Positions 24,099-39,689 are shown, numbered from the stretch's first letter. The stretch is 64,000 nt of DNA from Callorhinchus milii (GCF_018977255.1 NW_024704742.1:127784001-127848000); one strand, 5' to 3'. The notes: generated from the sequence alone by a model not told the origin. A program made the numbers and translations.

Positions 24099-25891
24099 AT
24101 TAATATTTGTTGTTCCTTAACCAGTCCAAACATTTTTCATACTTTCAGCCTTAAGACCATTCTTTGTTTAAAGACGGTGGAATCTTAAAAACAAATCTTA
24201 AACTCAGCCTTAATTTGAAAGCCAATCTTCTGCAATTCGTAAAAATAAAGAAACATACCTTTTTTTTGGAAACAAAAGAACTGTGGAAAAGCAGTTTTCA
24301 AATTAAGACTGAATGTAAGAATTTTTCATAATCCTGCATAATCTTAATTAGGAGATAATAGCGCTAAGGTTAAGATCTTTGGAAATGGGCCTGGAGTCCC
24401 TCTGAATGTTGCTTCTCACTCAAACACGAGCATTTATTTCTGATCAATGCTGTACTTTTTTACTGCCTATTCCTGCCAGCTGTCACTTTGATTTACACGA
24501 GATTTTCACCCTCACACACTTGGCATTTTCTTGCCACTACTTATAAGGCCCTTGAAATGATTCTTTCATGGACTGTTTAAATAGAAGTCCAGGCTATTAT
24601 TTGGGGATCATCATAAATTATTGATTACTTTGACAGCTGCGAGGTTTGGGGAAAGAATCGCTACAAATGAAAAGCAGGCGCACGAAGGTCACGCAATTGA
24701 AAGGAGCGGTTCTGCCAAGGTACTTTATCTGCGGAATTGCTGAATTAGTAAAAAGTATAATAGTTTATTTTAAAGAGTCATGTATTGTTAGGTTGCTCAG
24801 TTATCAGCATTCTTATCTCTGAGTCAGAAGGTTCTGGGTTCAAGCCCCAAGATGAGAACTTTGAACTCACAGTCTCGGTTAACGCCCCATTACAGTGTTG
24901 TTGGAGGTGCCGTCCTTTGGATGAGATGTTAAACTGAGGTCCCGTCTGCTTGTTCAGGTTAATGTTAAAAATCCTATGGTTTTATTCGAAAATAAAGGGG
25001 AGTTTCTTCTGGTGTCCAGTCCACCAGGATGACTGTCGGCAAGTATGGCATCTTCGCAAGATTTCTAGTTATAGGTGTAAATTTGTGGGTTCTCACAATG
25101 TATTATAATAAATCATAATCCTTGCATGTGGTGCAGCACCTTATCATGTTGAAACATCTCAATGAAGTTCTTTAGAGTTTTTCTGTAAAAACGACTGTGT
25201 ATTGGTTAGCAAACACGGTGGCCAATTTGCACATAGCAATGTTCCATAAACAGCTGTTTAATTGAAAGACTGATTCTTTTTAATGGGGGGATTGTTGGGC
25301 AGGACGCTAAGAGAAACTTCTCTAATCAAAATGTACCACGGGATCATTAAATTCACAAGATATATGCTAATGAAACACCACAAACTTTCTCCCATAGTTT
25401 ATCTGTCGTATTAAGTATTATTCATCTTATCCAGTCCCATCAAACAATATACTATGAGTAAAGATAACTGGATGTGGGCGAAACATCATTGAAATTTCCA
25501 ATCATCTTCTTTTCATGTTCTTATGCATTGCAAGCGGCTTTATATCCAATTTAGTGTGTGAGGTTAGCAGCACATTCTAAGTGGAAAAGGAAACGTAGAT
25601 GGGATTGAAATTCTCTTTTGATGTCAGTTCGTAATTCTGATATCCAATTACTGAAATATCTGCTTCAGTAAGAATGGTGCCCCGGCCTAGATAGTGTTTG
25701 GATCCTGAAACCAATTCATAGCATCTGATTCTCTTTTCAACACCCACATAATGTCAAGGCACCTGGAATGGGTTAGGTCTCGAATACTAACACTCAGATA
25801 ATAACGCCTATCTTGCCATGACTGGACCAAGGTTAGTGTATAGATATAGAGGTGTGATTCATACAGTCAAATGGAAAGGCAGTGCTATCTT

Positions 25892-26104
25892 AATAATAAT
25901 AATCCTTACATTTGATATAGCGCTTTTCACGTCGGGAGGACGTCCCAAAGCGCTTCACAGAACACACTATAAAGTGAATTGACTGTATGTTTGTGGGCGA
26001 ATGCGGCAGCCAATTGCGCACAGCAATGTCCCACAAACAGTTGTAGATTGAAAATGACCAATTTATTATTGTTTTGTTTTCGAGGGATTATTATTAGGCG
26101 TGTG
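25892..26104 (-). mobile_element. SINE family A deleted variant, 3' part
   Basis: Shares the gggattattattaggcgtgtg junction with 4284-4595. Confidence 0.8.
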
Positions 26105-29100
26105 CCTAAAGTACCGTTTCGCTGTAGATGAAGTAGGTTGTTTTCATTATGAATGTTGGAGACACTGAATTTTTGGTTCTTCTGATACCATTTGTGCAGC
26201 ATATCTGCAAGTGCATTAATCATATACTTTTGACAGATAGGGAAATTAGCTAAGTCGCCTTATTCTGTACTAATTTACTATGTACAATACAATAAAGATC
26301 AGTTAATCTTGCATGTCAGTCTAATTTGCTGAGATAGGATATTCTGGTCTTAAATTAGTTTAGTGTGAATAGTTACTATGGTTACAATACTGACAGTTTC
26401 AGAGCTTGTTAACAATTCTCTTTTATCTTCAAAACCCAAAGTGGCACAATTCCTGGTTTTACTTGCCCAAATGTTATTGTAAGTGAGATTTCATCTTTGG
26501 TAAAGTCTTGCATGAAGAGTAAATTTAATAGCTTTTTGGTGAAGTGCTGAATTGAGTGATGTGAGATGTAGAGAGTGGGGTAAGATTTGTATTTTGACTT
26601 TGGGATTTGGGCAGATGGACTGCAATGTTCTTCCCTTTTCCAGGGGACCTGATAGAAGTTTGAGATTTCACAGAGATTAGCTTTCAATAACAACAAAAAA
26701 TTACATTTGAAAAGCACCCTTCACGTCGGAAAGACATCCTATCTTTTTTAGATATTATCAATAACATAGATGTTGATCCCCAGTTTCAACTTGTTGGTGA
26801 GTCCAAAACAAAAGGGCATAAATATAAGATAGTGAGTATTATTATCCCTCCAAAAAAAATGTGGTCACTCAATCCACGACTGTTTGTGGGACACTGCTGT
26901 TCGCAATTGGCTACTGTATTTCACCCACTAAATATACAGCCAATTTACTTTACAATATATTTTGTGAAGAGCTTTGAGAAGCCTAGATGATGTGATAAAT
27001 GCTAGATCAAGTGCAAGGATTATTATTGTTGAGTAGATCTAACAGGGAATTTAGGAGGAACTTCTTCACACAGGGTGGTGAGAATGTGAAATTCACTGGC
27101 TATGGTTGTATCAAAAAGTAGCATAGGTTTAAGAGAAATCTTAATGCATATGTGAGGAAGGGAATAGAGGGGTATTCGGTGAGGAGAATAGAAGGGACAG
27201 AGGCTCATGTGGAATATATGTACCAGCATGGACTTGTTTGACTAAATGAACTGTTTGCTTAACAGCCATAAACTGTTTCACTCTATGTAACACTATGTCT
27301 TATATTCTCCTATGCACATAAATAAATTTGAAGTGTTTGCATTGTGGTAGCACAATAAACCAAAACATTGTTGCTTTTGATGTGTGAAGAACTGAAGACT
27401 TGCATTCATCAATAAAGAAGTTGAATGTTGCTGTTTCATCTGACAACCAAATCTCTTGAAAGTGAATGTAAAAAGAGGGAGTAATTCTCCTGACAGCTAA
27501 TGTAAAAGACATTATAAGGAAATATACTACTTGTTGGAAGATATGTGTAATTCAATACCACTTTCCTTCATCATTGAGACCTGCCATTTCACATCTGCGT
27601 TCTCCACAGGGATCTGCTCCATTGATTTCAGCAACAAAGCCCTATCGTGAGTGGTTCCACAGGAAATCCTGTGCTGGGGCAATCCTCCCTGTTGATCAAG
27701 GTTAGTTGTAAAAATCCAATTCTGTCCCAGTGCTGCTGCATCTTGCCTTCCAATCCCTTCTTTCCAGAGGCTTGTCATTTCAGGTCTAAAGTGGAATCCT
27801 GTAGGGTATTGGTTAGAGCACTTGCCTCACAAGTGAGATGCTGGGCAAGTTTCCTTACTCCACACGCCTCTGTTTACTTATCAGTTATAATTCAGGTCAT
27901 CATACAGGGTTGGAAACTGTTGTTCCAATAGCGTTGAGACTTAAATAACAGGTTTTTGCACCCATTGTAATGAACCCACAATCTTCTGACTCAAGGGCAA
28001 AGTGCTACCAATTGAGCACGACAATTACTAATGGGATTTTTTATAAAGACTGATTTACATTCAGAGCGGAGTTCCTATGGTTGGCGTGATGTACTTCTGG
28101 GTACCAGAATGGGTGCTCAGGAGTGAGTGCCATTCAGATTTCTTGGTAAGGTACCCTATTAGAAGGCATGGCACGTTAGCCACAGTGAGGGAAATGGAAA
28201 AGGAATTCATTCACACTGGTGGCAGTGAAGGAATTCTGCTAAGATTAAGCTGAGATGCATCATTGAGCAAAAATGAAATTATATTACAGCAGCTTGGTAT
28301 TCACCATCCTCATCTTCCTGCCCAAAGATAACTCCGCTGGACCAACCAGTGCATTCAGCTCATTTTACCCAGCCCGGCACGTGCTAAACCTAGTTAAAAA
28401 CGAGTTCAGAAAATATCTAATCAAATAAAGGACAGTGGAAACGGAAGGCACTGATCCAGAAGGCCTGGATGCAATGTGTATTGTGGATATAAGAGGAAAA
28501 TATGCAGACAGATACAGGATAACCCTGTTGTAACCCGGTCATCTGGAGCCAATGCCTCAGGCTCCACGTTATAATGAGCGTGGAAAAATGGCCCATTTCT
28601 GGGTAGACAGGTCGCTTCCTGTGCCATGTGCATACGCACTAGGTGTAGGAAGCAACAATGACATCCCTTCCACCATCCTGCACACATGTACAGCGAGCAG
28701 GAAGTGACATCCGCAGAGACCTAATGTTCTACAAGTCCGCCTTTTTTCGAGTGCTTTGAGATGTTCTCCCAACGTGCAAAGTTCCATATGAATGTAAATT
28801 GCTGTCATTGTTGTACGACCACAACACCAAGTTGTTTTTTTGGGTGAGTCATTGATAGGAGTGGAGTATCACATCATAGTGTGATTCGAATGATCTCCAT
28901 TATGATTTCCATGCTGCATTTGCACCACCATTGGCATAAGTTCAGTAACTGGAGATAAAAACTGGAAATGCAATCACTGAAAAGCATCCATCAGACTGCA
29001 GTAAGTTAACATTGCAACAACCTTCCCCATTGAAGCCAGCTTTTCAGTTACAAAATCAAACACTTCGATTTGAATGGCTGACTGACCTAGTTAAGCATCC

Positions 29101-30070
29101 AGCTCAGCAATTTATATGTACAATTCAGATTTCTGGAGTACAAGCACTGCGAGCAGAAAAGGTGGTTTGGGTTCATTAGAGAAAAAGAATAGCAGCAGTG
29201 GCAGAAAAATCAGTGAGTGGAACAGATTTTCCTTTTTGATTAATAGTGCCTGATAAAGTACTTAGAGACCCACGACTCCAATTATCAAACATTTGATTTT
29301 GTGCTGCATTTGCTCCTAGTGTTTTTTTGCTGAAAGGAAAAAAATATAATGTGAAGAGCGCCGTACAATACTCTAACACGACTGGTGGCACAATTATTGT
29401 GACTCTACAACAATCAACCAAATATATCCTTTCTTAAAAAAAATTTAAACTCTAGTAGCTTTGCCATTGGGACGAGCAGTTTACAGCGATTGCAACAGCC
29501 AAGACACTGGGACACAGGCTTAATTGTTTCCCCACAGCTCCCTCATACAGCTCCAAACACAATCTCACCATAATAATAATAATCCTTGCATTTGATACAA
29601 TGCCTTATCACATCATTGAGACATCTCAAAGTGGTTCACAGAATATATTGTAAAGTGGCTGTATTTTGTAGGCGAAACATAGCAGCCAATTGTGCACGGC
29701 AGTGTCCCACAAACAGTCGTGGATTGCACTCGAGGGGAAATTGATTTGACACTAGTTACAGATTGAGTCGAAGTCAGACCTTACACGTTCAGGTTAACTG
29801 CACTGTTAGGGAGATCACAATATATACTCCCCCCTCCCTCCCCCTTACTGGTGCAGGATCAGAGTGGAGAGCAGGCCGCTCCTCAGGGGAAACAAGGGAA
29901 ACGAGAGAAGAGAGATTACAAGATCACAACATTGGTCCCTTCGGTGCATTCAATCTCATCCCTCCAGAACACCCAACCTGCCACCCCCCACCCATCACTG
30001 CACAAAGCTGCTTTTAAGTAAATCTAATCCAAAAGAAAATCAACCCAGGGTTACTCTTGTAACTCCTGCA

Positions 30071-30470
30071 TGTCAGCCTGGCTCAGTTGGAAGCACTCTC
30101 ACCTCAGAGTCAGAAGGTTGTGGGTCCAATCCCTATTTCGGGTCTTTGAACTCATAAATCTAGGTTGATACACCAGTGCAGTGCTGGGGGGTTTCTACTT
30201 TGTTGTAGGGGCCATCCTTTGGATGAAATGTTAAACTAAGGTCCCTTCTGGTTGTTCAGGTGGACATTAAAGAGATCCTACGGCTCTAACCAAAAAGAAA
30301 AGGATGTTTCTCCCAGTACCCTTGTCAACAATTCTCCAGATAGAATTGGTTCAAGCACTTCATGGCTTTTTGTGGGACATTGTTGTATGCAAATTGTCTG
30401 CCTCATTCAGCCACAAAAATACATTCACTACACTGAACAATATATCTGTGAAGCAGATGTCCTCTTGATG
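30071..30470 (+). mobile_element. SINE family B
   Basis: tgtcagcctggctcagttggaagcactctcacctcagagtcagaagg head plus Deu-like body. Confidence 0.8.
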
Positions 30471-33400
30471 TAAATGTGCTATGTAGATGTAATTTACCCA
30501 CAAATCATATTAAGGATTAACAATCTACCAGTCAGACCACACAGAGAACAATGTGCAGTTCGGTCACTACGCTATAAAAATGCTGTACTTACATTACAAA
30601 AGACACAGAATAGAGCACTGAGACTGATTCCCATTCCAATGAGGATGAATTATGAAGATAGATTAAACAAATGTAAGTTTTATAGTTTGGAAAGAAAGCA
30701 GTTGAATGGGTCCTCGTTGGAAGTATGCGGAATAAAATATTCAAGGACCATTAACATGATTTTTTAACCAATTTTTCACAATGTGTACACTTTTTGCAGA
30801 GAAAGTCAATGGCTAAACCATGATTTTCAACTGAATTTACATTTTTTAAAATCTAAATTCACTGATGTTTTGTTGTCGTGATTGTACACACACAAATGGA
30901 ACCCTCCTGGCTGTAAAGGAACATCTGCTCGTTGGACAGCTTTTGAGGACTCAGGAACACATTCAAAGGCCAGCTTTTGAGCATATTCCGGGGAACAGTT
31001 TTGCAGTCTGGCAAGTTTCCCGACGTGAAAGGGATCAGATGTCTCAAAATAAATCCTGATTTTCATTAAATTTACTCGGATTTTTATTTTTGTGTTAATC
31101 CTTTTTACTGGATGCTTTCCTGGTTATTTTATGAAATGTCCAGTGGGAAAACAAGGCTGTTAGAAACTTTGATCCTAAAATGACCTGTGTGATACCGTTT
31201 GCAAACAGCACCTATCAATTAAAATTCCCTGACCCACCTCACCTATGCGCTGTTTGAAAAGAAAAGGGATATTCTCCTGCTGGCCTGACCAACAATCCTC
31301 CAAATAAAATTGGTCAAACCCCTCGTGGCTGTTTGTGAGACCTTGCTGTGTGTAAAATGGCTGTGTTTGGCTTCAAAAAAAGTCACTACACTTGAGCATA
31401 ATTACCATACAGCACGTTTTGAGACATTTCAACATAATAAGTCACTGGAAAAGCTGCACATTCTTCAGTGTTCTTTCTTTCTGTTGGCAACGAATGTGAG
31501 TACTTCAGAATTATCGAGGACAAATTTGCACAGCGCTTTGTGCAACACATTTCAAGCTGCATGACACAATTCAAAAGTGGTTTCCATAAACATTATCTCC
31601 CCAGATAGCGGCAGTAACAAATTAACTCTGAATTCTATTTATGTCTGGCTGCATTCTTTCTCTCGGGAATTAGGATATTCTTCCTTTAAGAGAGGATTCC
31701 GTGAAGTGGTTAAGATATATGAATGGGGATTTAAGTGGATCGAATTTTTCTGACAGGTTAGGGAAAATTCACCTGTGCTCATTAATCAAAGTGACGTGCT
31801 AGAACTTTAATGTACCAATTAATACTGTTTGGATACTAACTGAAAGAAAGGGGCTCGGAGATAAGAGGCTGTGAAATGGACACGCTCCCATCTCCAGCTG
31901 CTGCTGCCAATATAGACTTTTCCGATGATAAAAGCTGATGCACAAGTTGCGCTTTAAAGTAACATTTTACAACTCGTGAAGTTTTGGGACGTCTATTCAT
32001 GGATCATTACAGGAAGGGCTTTCAAGAGCAGCTGCCTGATGCAAAAGTTCCACGTCCACATTCCAGTACCTGGCTCCCCAGCAAATCACTGCAGAATTTT
32101 TCCTGAATATTCTTCACAATTAACCACACCAGTTTTAAAGAACTTTTGCCAGTGAAATGGTCAGAAACCCTGCTGCTGACCTGCTGAGGAGTTATTTTCA
32201 ACCTCTGCCCAATTGAACGTCTCACTTACAAGAAACAGCCTTACATTTATTTATACAGCGCATTTCACTTCGATAGATAGTCTCAAAGCACTTCACGCAA
32301 CTGACTGGGCACCTGAACTGCGGGGGGAGCGGGGTAGGGGGGAGAGATGTGTAGGGTTTGGGAGGGGGGAGAAAGATAATAAAAAGCTCGGTCGATATGT
32401 CAGATTTTGACAGAACAAGGAAAGACCATTTCGACAATTTCAAAGTTGGAATGAAAATATAGTTGGCATGCGTAGGTTTCAAGACCTAACATACATTAAA
32501 ATATATTGACCAACAAATAAGATTAGTCATTCACCTTAGGGCTATTTGTAGGATATGGCTGGGTGAAAATTTGCTGCCACTTTGCATAGAAATATGCAAT
32601 CTCAACACTATTGTAAAATCGTGTGAAGCCCTTTGATTTGTCTGGACAATGTGATAAGGCGCTATATCAAATGCAGTGATGATGATTATTATTATTCATA
32701 ATAAATAGCTGATTCTCTCTTATACACCATAATGGGAACCCACAGCAAGAACGTTTCAGACAACTGCAGTGCAAGGACAAATTGAAGGAATTTGATACTT
32801 TTCAGAGGTCGGAATCAAGCCCAAGAACAACTGCAGGAGCCACCGACTGGCCCAGAACGACTTCTTGCCCAATGTTTTGAGTAACTATACACATGGCAAC
32901 TGCTTACATTGTCATTGGTGGTCTGGCACCCAACACCTGCTTTCTTTAAAGAGAAGAAAAATCACTGTAAACACAGGATTAAAAGAGAGAAACAGCCCAC
33001 GGCTGCAAGAAAGGGTTTTGTTGGTTGGCAACAGACAGCTTCTGTGAATCTATCAAATGACTCAGACGCAAGTCTATAGGGTTTGTTTTCCAGGTGCTCG
33101 AAAACAAAGCACTACTTAGACTCCGTGACCTCAGATAGCAACAAATGTCACTTACAAGCCGCATTCAGCAGGAGCCTGTCAGTCCGCATTAACAGCATTA
33201 TCAGAATTTTCTATTGAAAGCGCACATTTCCAACCACTTGATGGAAACCAGTTTCACTTTGAATTTCACGCACATAAATCCCAAAAGCCTTACTTACGCT
33301 AGGGCCCGATGGTGAAATATGGGTTCTTACATTTGAATCTGCTCCAACCTCCTCATTTGTGTCCCCAAACGGTCACACAGCGTCACAGTCACTTCTATTT

Positions 33401-36284
33401 TAAAGGAAACTATTCTTGCACAGACTTGGGTGGTGCACGTGTAATGTATTCAATGTACCTACGTGCATTCAATGTACCTAAAGCATGAAATTCCACCTGT
33501 AAGCCTATGCTGATCTTATGGGAGAAAGGGGAAAGCTAATTGGTAATTAAACAGATTATTTACTTTTATTCCTTCTGAGACGCATGAAGGGTGCTGTATA
33601 AATACAAGTTGCTGCTGTGACTTTTTGGACAACCTACATGAGGACCTTGTCTCTTGGTGGGACATGCCACAGGTTGAAAAGTATAGGAACAACAATGAAT
33701 GTATCACAAATTAGTGGTTAGTTCTCACCGAGTTAAGTTTTGCAAAGGGGAAGAGTGAACAACATTCCTCTTAGGTTAGAGTGTCAACTGTGGCTGCAGA
33801 CCAGCGGCAGCACTGTAAACTGAACAGGGCTACACTGTTGCTGAGAGATGGTTCATCTAACCTCTGGAAACAACAGTCCACCACAGGAAGCTAAACAGCT
33901 GTCACCTGGGCCATTGGCCACTGCATGTTCTGTCCAAGCTTCAGTGTAATTCACATGTGGCTGGCTTGTCCGCACCTTCTTCGGGCACTGGTTTGAGTTC
34001 AGAAGGAAAAGCTGTGGGTTGCCACTTTTGAAACAACTGTGGGCACGTGTGCAGGCAATCCAACTGACTGCACGTGTTAAGTGTGGGTTTAGAATAATAG
34101 TCAGCATCCAAAGTTCATAGTAACTGGCAGTCTGACTTATTAAAGCCACGCCAAGAGTGGATTTAATTGTGATACATTGGAGCTGGAATCAAGTGAAGAA
34201 TGCATCACCCCAACACTCTGTGGCCAGGAATGCTCACTCACATGCTGTGCTTTGCTTACAGCTAGGAAGGAAAGCTTCCTTACAGCTAACAAGTCATGGG
34301 ATCGTCAAGACTTATAGATCAATCCTGCTGCTCCTCTATCTAACCCTTCATGGGATTTCCTATTATAATCCCATTATAACACTCAATGGAATTTTTACCC
34401 CTTGGACTATGGTGCACTAGTGTGCAATTCTTGGCAATTTCTTAAACTTCATTTTTACATAGAGTTACATAGACTGTTACAGCACAGAAACAAGCCATTT
34501 GGCCCATCTAATCCATGTCGGTGTTCATACTCTATAGGCATGCCTCCAAATCAACTTCTCCCATTCCCCTCCATTCACTTCTCCCTCATGTGAAGCAGTT
34601 TTTTTCTGCAGGTTCTTTTAAGTACTGTGGAAAACCAGTTCCCAATTTGGCATAATTTCTGGTGTCTGGTGTATTGGAAAGGGTGATGTACAGTATATGT
34701 GTGTGTTGGATGGCGGAGGGGTGGTATTGGTGGATTTGGAATGAATGTCATGCAGAATTGTATTGTGCTTCTGCAGAAGGATTCCCTGAGACTGACGGCT
34801 GGAGCATGTGGAGAAAAGTCAGGCAGGAGAAGAAATGAATAATTCTAAAGTTCCCTTCAACATTACACTGAAGGTACAGGAACACATGGCAAGAGTACAG
34901 CACATTCATGTGTTCTATATTATGGTTTGGACTGTGTCCAGAGAGCAATTGCACAACCCTTGGAGAAAGTCATTGCATTTGGTGTAATTGTGAACCTGAT
35001 TAAGCTCCCAAAGTGTGAGCCACGATTAAACCACTCATGGGATCGCAGAGCAAATCGGACATGTCTTTCCCACTTTGAGCATTGGTGACAATCTATTGAA
35101 ATGAAAGTATTGATTTCAGACAGATAGATAGATCTAACTGGGCTGACATTCTAGTGGGTGTTATGTGTAGCTCTTTTGGCCACAACGGATGCTAATGGGA
35201 TTTCACCATTATAAACGTGCATTGTCAGAGGCATTATGCATAACTGGAATTTCAGACCAAATAACTGATGATTCTATAGTATTGCCACGCAAGTTCCAAG
35301 CCAAATTTCTCAGGGATTGATTGTTCTATTCCTTTCAGTCTCCTCCAAGCATCGTAATTAATTTTTAGGATTGACAAATTATATTCCTGATCTTAAATGG
35401 CTTACAGTCAGGGGGTGAATATACCTGCGATTTATACCCTCAGAAGGCTTTTGAGTAATAAAAGTGCCCTGGGACCACTGCTGGAAACCAAATAGATGGA
35501 AATAGTGAGACTCCAGAGGGCTGCAAACAGTTTCATCTTTCGATCTTGGTGGTCAGCTGAGTTTCTGACATGTGCGGAAACCCATCAATATGCTTAAGAG
35601 TCTGACTGAAAATTCCACATATGTGTGCCACCTACACAGAGCAACAGATTGTCACCTACACGTGGAAGTTTCTGTGTGGTTTTCCGTGTGGTATATGGTA
35701 ACAAACTAAAGCGCATAAACTATATCTTTAACATGGTCTAAAAAGTCTAGAACAAGAGGCGAGAGATTGGAGCACAGAAGAGCGAAGGTAAACAGAGTTC
35801 AGATTGAATTATTGTTACACGAACAGTGGTGAATATAATAATAATACTTTCATTTGATATAGCGTCTTATCACATCTCAAAGAGCTGTAAAGTGAATTGA
35901 CTGTATATTTTCTGGGCAAAACGTATGTGGAATAGGCTAGCCAGGGAGGTGGTGGGGCAGATTGTATCAGCAAAGCTAAGTAAGAATTAGATAGCAATTT
36001 GGTGAAGAATTCATTGGAATTCAATTGAGGGACGTAGTGAAGTAGGATTTTTAATTGGTTCTTTTACCGAATGTTCTACCTAATCAGTTCTCCCCGCTGA
36101 TCAGTTTTAAAAGCGTCACTCTCCATCATTCTTAAAACTAAGAGGCACCCACTGTGGCAAAGATAAGGGGAGTTTAACTACATCAGAAAGCTTCACAGTC
36201 CACCTGCAGTGCCACACAGTAGCTTACCGAATGCTTAAAGATATTTACATGACTTTAAAGATATATTAATCCATAGAATTTGAT

Positions 36285-36592
36285 TTTAGCCTACAGCGGA
36301 GATCGAGAGTCGAGAGGGGAGCTGAAGGCACGGTCGAAGAGGAAGGTCTTGAGACCGGCCTTGAAGGAGGAAAGGTAGGGAGCAAGGCGAAGGCACTGGG
36401 GGATGGAGTTCCAGAGCCTCGGGGCTGAGAGCCCGGCCACCGATGATAGGGCGGTTAGGGCGGGGGATGTGGAGCAGATTGGAGCCAGAGGAACGGAGGG
36501 TACGGACAGGTAAGTAGGGGGATAGTAGGTCGGAGAGGTAGGAGGGAGCAAGGCCGTGAATGGCCTTGTAGGTGAGGATGAGGATCTTGAAC
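36285..36592 (-). mobile_element. L2-clade LINE 3' fragment
   Basis: Peptides FKILILTYKAIHGLAPSYLSDLL...RTLRSS and LWNSIP...FKAGLKTFLF. Confidence 0.88.
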
Positions 36593-38677
36593 CACAGAAG
36601 CCATCCCAGATAAATCATACCCAGTTGTCACTATGTCCATGTGTACATTTATAATAAATATTTGATATAGTGCCTTTCATGTCAGGAGTATGTTTTTAAT
36701 TGCTTAACAGGATTTCCTGTGAACTGTTGTAACTGTATATTTTGTATGCAATATAGGAGGGTTTAAGGGCTGTGGGATGCTCCCCTGCATGAGGGGCACT
36801 ATATAAATGCAAGTCGTTGTTGATTACTGGATAACAATTACGAATAGGAAAGCTTGATCATTTTTCACTCTCTTGTCTTGGTACACTGAGGTCAATAGTA
36901 GCGTCTCAATATTTTCCCCTCAACGGAGAGATCAAAACCTACATTTTCTGTGCTCTGCATGCTTCAATGCATTTGCATGCTGAAAGTGTAGCCGGTGAGC
37001 CACAAGGGGAGTTTACAGCAATGATTTAAAGCTGTATGGGTCTTTGGGGGGAGGAGATAATAACTGGTTAGCGTTGGAGATCATATTGGTTCATGGCTGA
37101 GTTAAATGCAGCATAGCAGTCAGATGAAAAATGTACCTTCAGGGCAGAAAAGTGAAACAGACATGGTCAAAGTAGATACTGAATGTGGAGCCTCTCACAC
37201 CTCAACACAGACTATCAGATCATTCTAGCACACTGTCCACTGATCCCTTTACTTGGAAGTCTCTGTGTTAAAATTGTTTTACACAGTAATATTTTAAGTG
37301 GCATTTATCGAGGTGCTTTTAACAAGGTAAAACATTCCTGACCTTGTTCACAATCACAGAGAACAGAAACAAAATCTCTTTGTTGAATGACTGCGATGTC
37401 CATTTACAGTAACCACCACCGAGATGCACTTTAGCAGGTATTCCAATGCACGGCTTGCATCTGAATCATTCACTTATTGGTGGTTCTTACAGAGAGACAG
37501 ATAGTGCCAACAGGCAGCGTCTCAGTGGAGTGGTCTTTAAATCAAGTTTGACTGAACACTGTACATTTCATCACTTCCCGCCCACAACGAGGCGCCTGAC
37601 ATTTGGTTTTTTTCGGTTGCCGAGATTATGTGTAGAAGAAGTCAAGGCCAGATAAAGGCTGGAGGCTGTGCAAGCCTGCGTGTGGCCACCCACACAGCAG
37701 AATAATCCTGCCGCTCAGACACATGGGACCTGGAGCTGCCTTTTTAACACATTTATAAGAGCAACTTGAGAAGGATATCGGCATCAGGCAAAACACGGAG
37801 ATATTCATGGAATGTTCTGGGCAAACAATTCAGTTTGGACGGGGCAGAAAATTCAGCAAACAGTTCTGTCGAAAATATTAATTGCACAACGCTATAACAA
37901 AACTCGGATTTTACAGGAAGGCTAAACAAGCAGTGTAACTAATTATTGTTATTGTCCTTGCATTTGATGTACTGCCTTTCACAACAAGGGGACGTCTCAA
38001 AGCGCTTCGCAGGACTGTATTTTCTAGGCGGATGCAAACTGAAAGGAACGGTCTTAATTTGGCTTTGAAAATAAATGGGAAAGTTGTCTCACTGGACATT
38101 CACTGCCTTATTAATAACACATCAGATCCAGTTATTCATTAAAGAAAAATGGGAAGCCCTTTGGTTTAAGTAGTTTATGATGAAGTTCATACCGACTGGG
38201 CAGATGCTGTACAATCTGATGTGATATGAGGTTTTAATAATTGATAGCATTTTCACCCTGGCAGCTAAAGAAACATTTTTTTTTGCATTCATTTAAAATA
38301 GGGTAGTGTCAGCCTTTAAAACCAAGATATTACTGAATGAAGTAATTTTGGTGAGACAACTCTACCATATTTGAACATAATGGGAACTAAGGCAGGCAAC
38401 AACAACAACAAAATTACAAGAAGGACAGGTTAGACATCTGAACAAGTCATTTGAACTCCACTGTGACCATCTCACCACATCCACTTAATCCACTGTATCT
38501 TTGCTGTGTGTTCAATTTTTTTTCCAAATTTTAAAATCGGCCAAAGTTGTGGGAATGAGAGATACTTTAGTGCTTTGCTTCGTACAAAGTTGCCCCCACC
38601 CCCACTCCCTTTCCTGTGCCATACTGAATAATGCTGAATGACTACTCCTTATAAGGGATGGACAATATAACTGAGAA

Positions 38678-39033
38678 TGGTGGTGTCCTGTAGCTCAAGT
38701 GGTTAGAGCACTCGCCTCGCAAGCAAGTTCGATTCCTGCAGGGAGAAATGTTGGGCAAGTTTCCTTACTCCACACTCCTCTGTTTATCTAGCAATAAGTA
38801 GGCAGCCGGTTGTTAGTCGATTGGCGGATCGCCTTTCCAGTGGTAATAAATCCTTACAAAGAAATTGGTCACTCAATGCACTATTGTTTGAGGGACACTG
38901 CTTTGCGCAATTAGCTGCCGCATTTCGGCCAGAAAATATACAGTCAATTTATTTTACAGTATATTCTGTGAAGTTCTTTGAGACATTTCAAAGACAGATA
39001 AGGTGCTATATCAAGTGCAAGGATTATTATTAT
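38678..39033 (+). mobile_element. Full-length SINE family A
   Basis: Head tggtggtgtcctgtagctcaagtggttagagc through tail aaggattattatta. Confidence 0.86.
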
Positions 39034-39689
39034 CAATAGGAAACATTAAATAGTGTGCGACTTGTAAAGAGTTTATCTTTTCAATACCTCTTGTGGGGCA
39101 TTCTAGCTCTCCTCTTAGCATTTGTCTTTCTCAACAGTCCTTTTGTGTTTCTCCACTTGATTTTTGTTTGCTGATTTCCCTTTCTCTCTCCTTGCACCTT
39201 CCACATTGATCTGTTTATGTCTGAAATATTTGCTCCTGGTTAGGCTGCAGTGCTGATGGTGCAAGCGTTCTGAGACGCTACCCTGCGTGAGGGGCGCTAT
39301 ATAAATGCAAGTTATTGTTGTTGTTGTTGGTCCTGGATTGCTGGATAGAAAGGCGTGACAGTGGGGCTGTGAACAGGTATCAGAGTTAGCGGAGTGGTAG
39401 AGACTCAGTACACAGGATCTGAAGAGAGAGCAGCAAGGAGGCCTGGACCTTAAGGGTGGGGGAGGAAAATATTAGCATGAGCATGATTTCGGCCAAAGGT
39501 ATTTTAGGACAGAATGGGCTTTAATTGGTTTTATGTATAGAATGACAACAGTCTTATTTGAAGTTGATTTTGTGTCAAATAGTTCAAACAGTCGACTAAT
39601 TCAGTCCATATTTTTATTTCACCAAATATTCTTTTGACGCTTTCCTTGTCGTTCACATTGGTGAATGTCTATATATGAGCAAACATTGG

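Noticed and set aside
33447..33480. Tiny tandem duplications (attcaatgtaccta x2; agtgttgaaac x2 at about 42980)
   Set aside because: Ordinary slippage-type duplications; no array or spacer structure, and nothing CRISPR-like.
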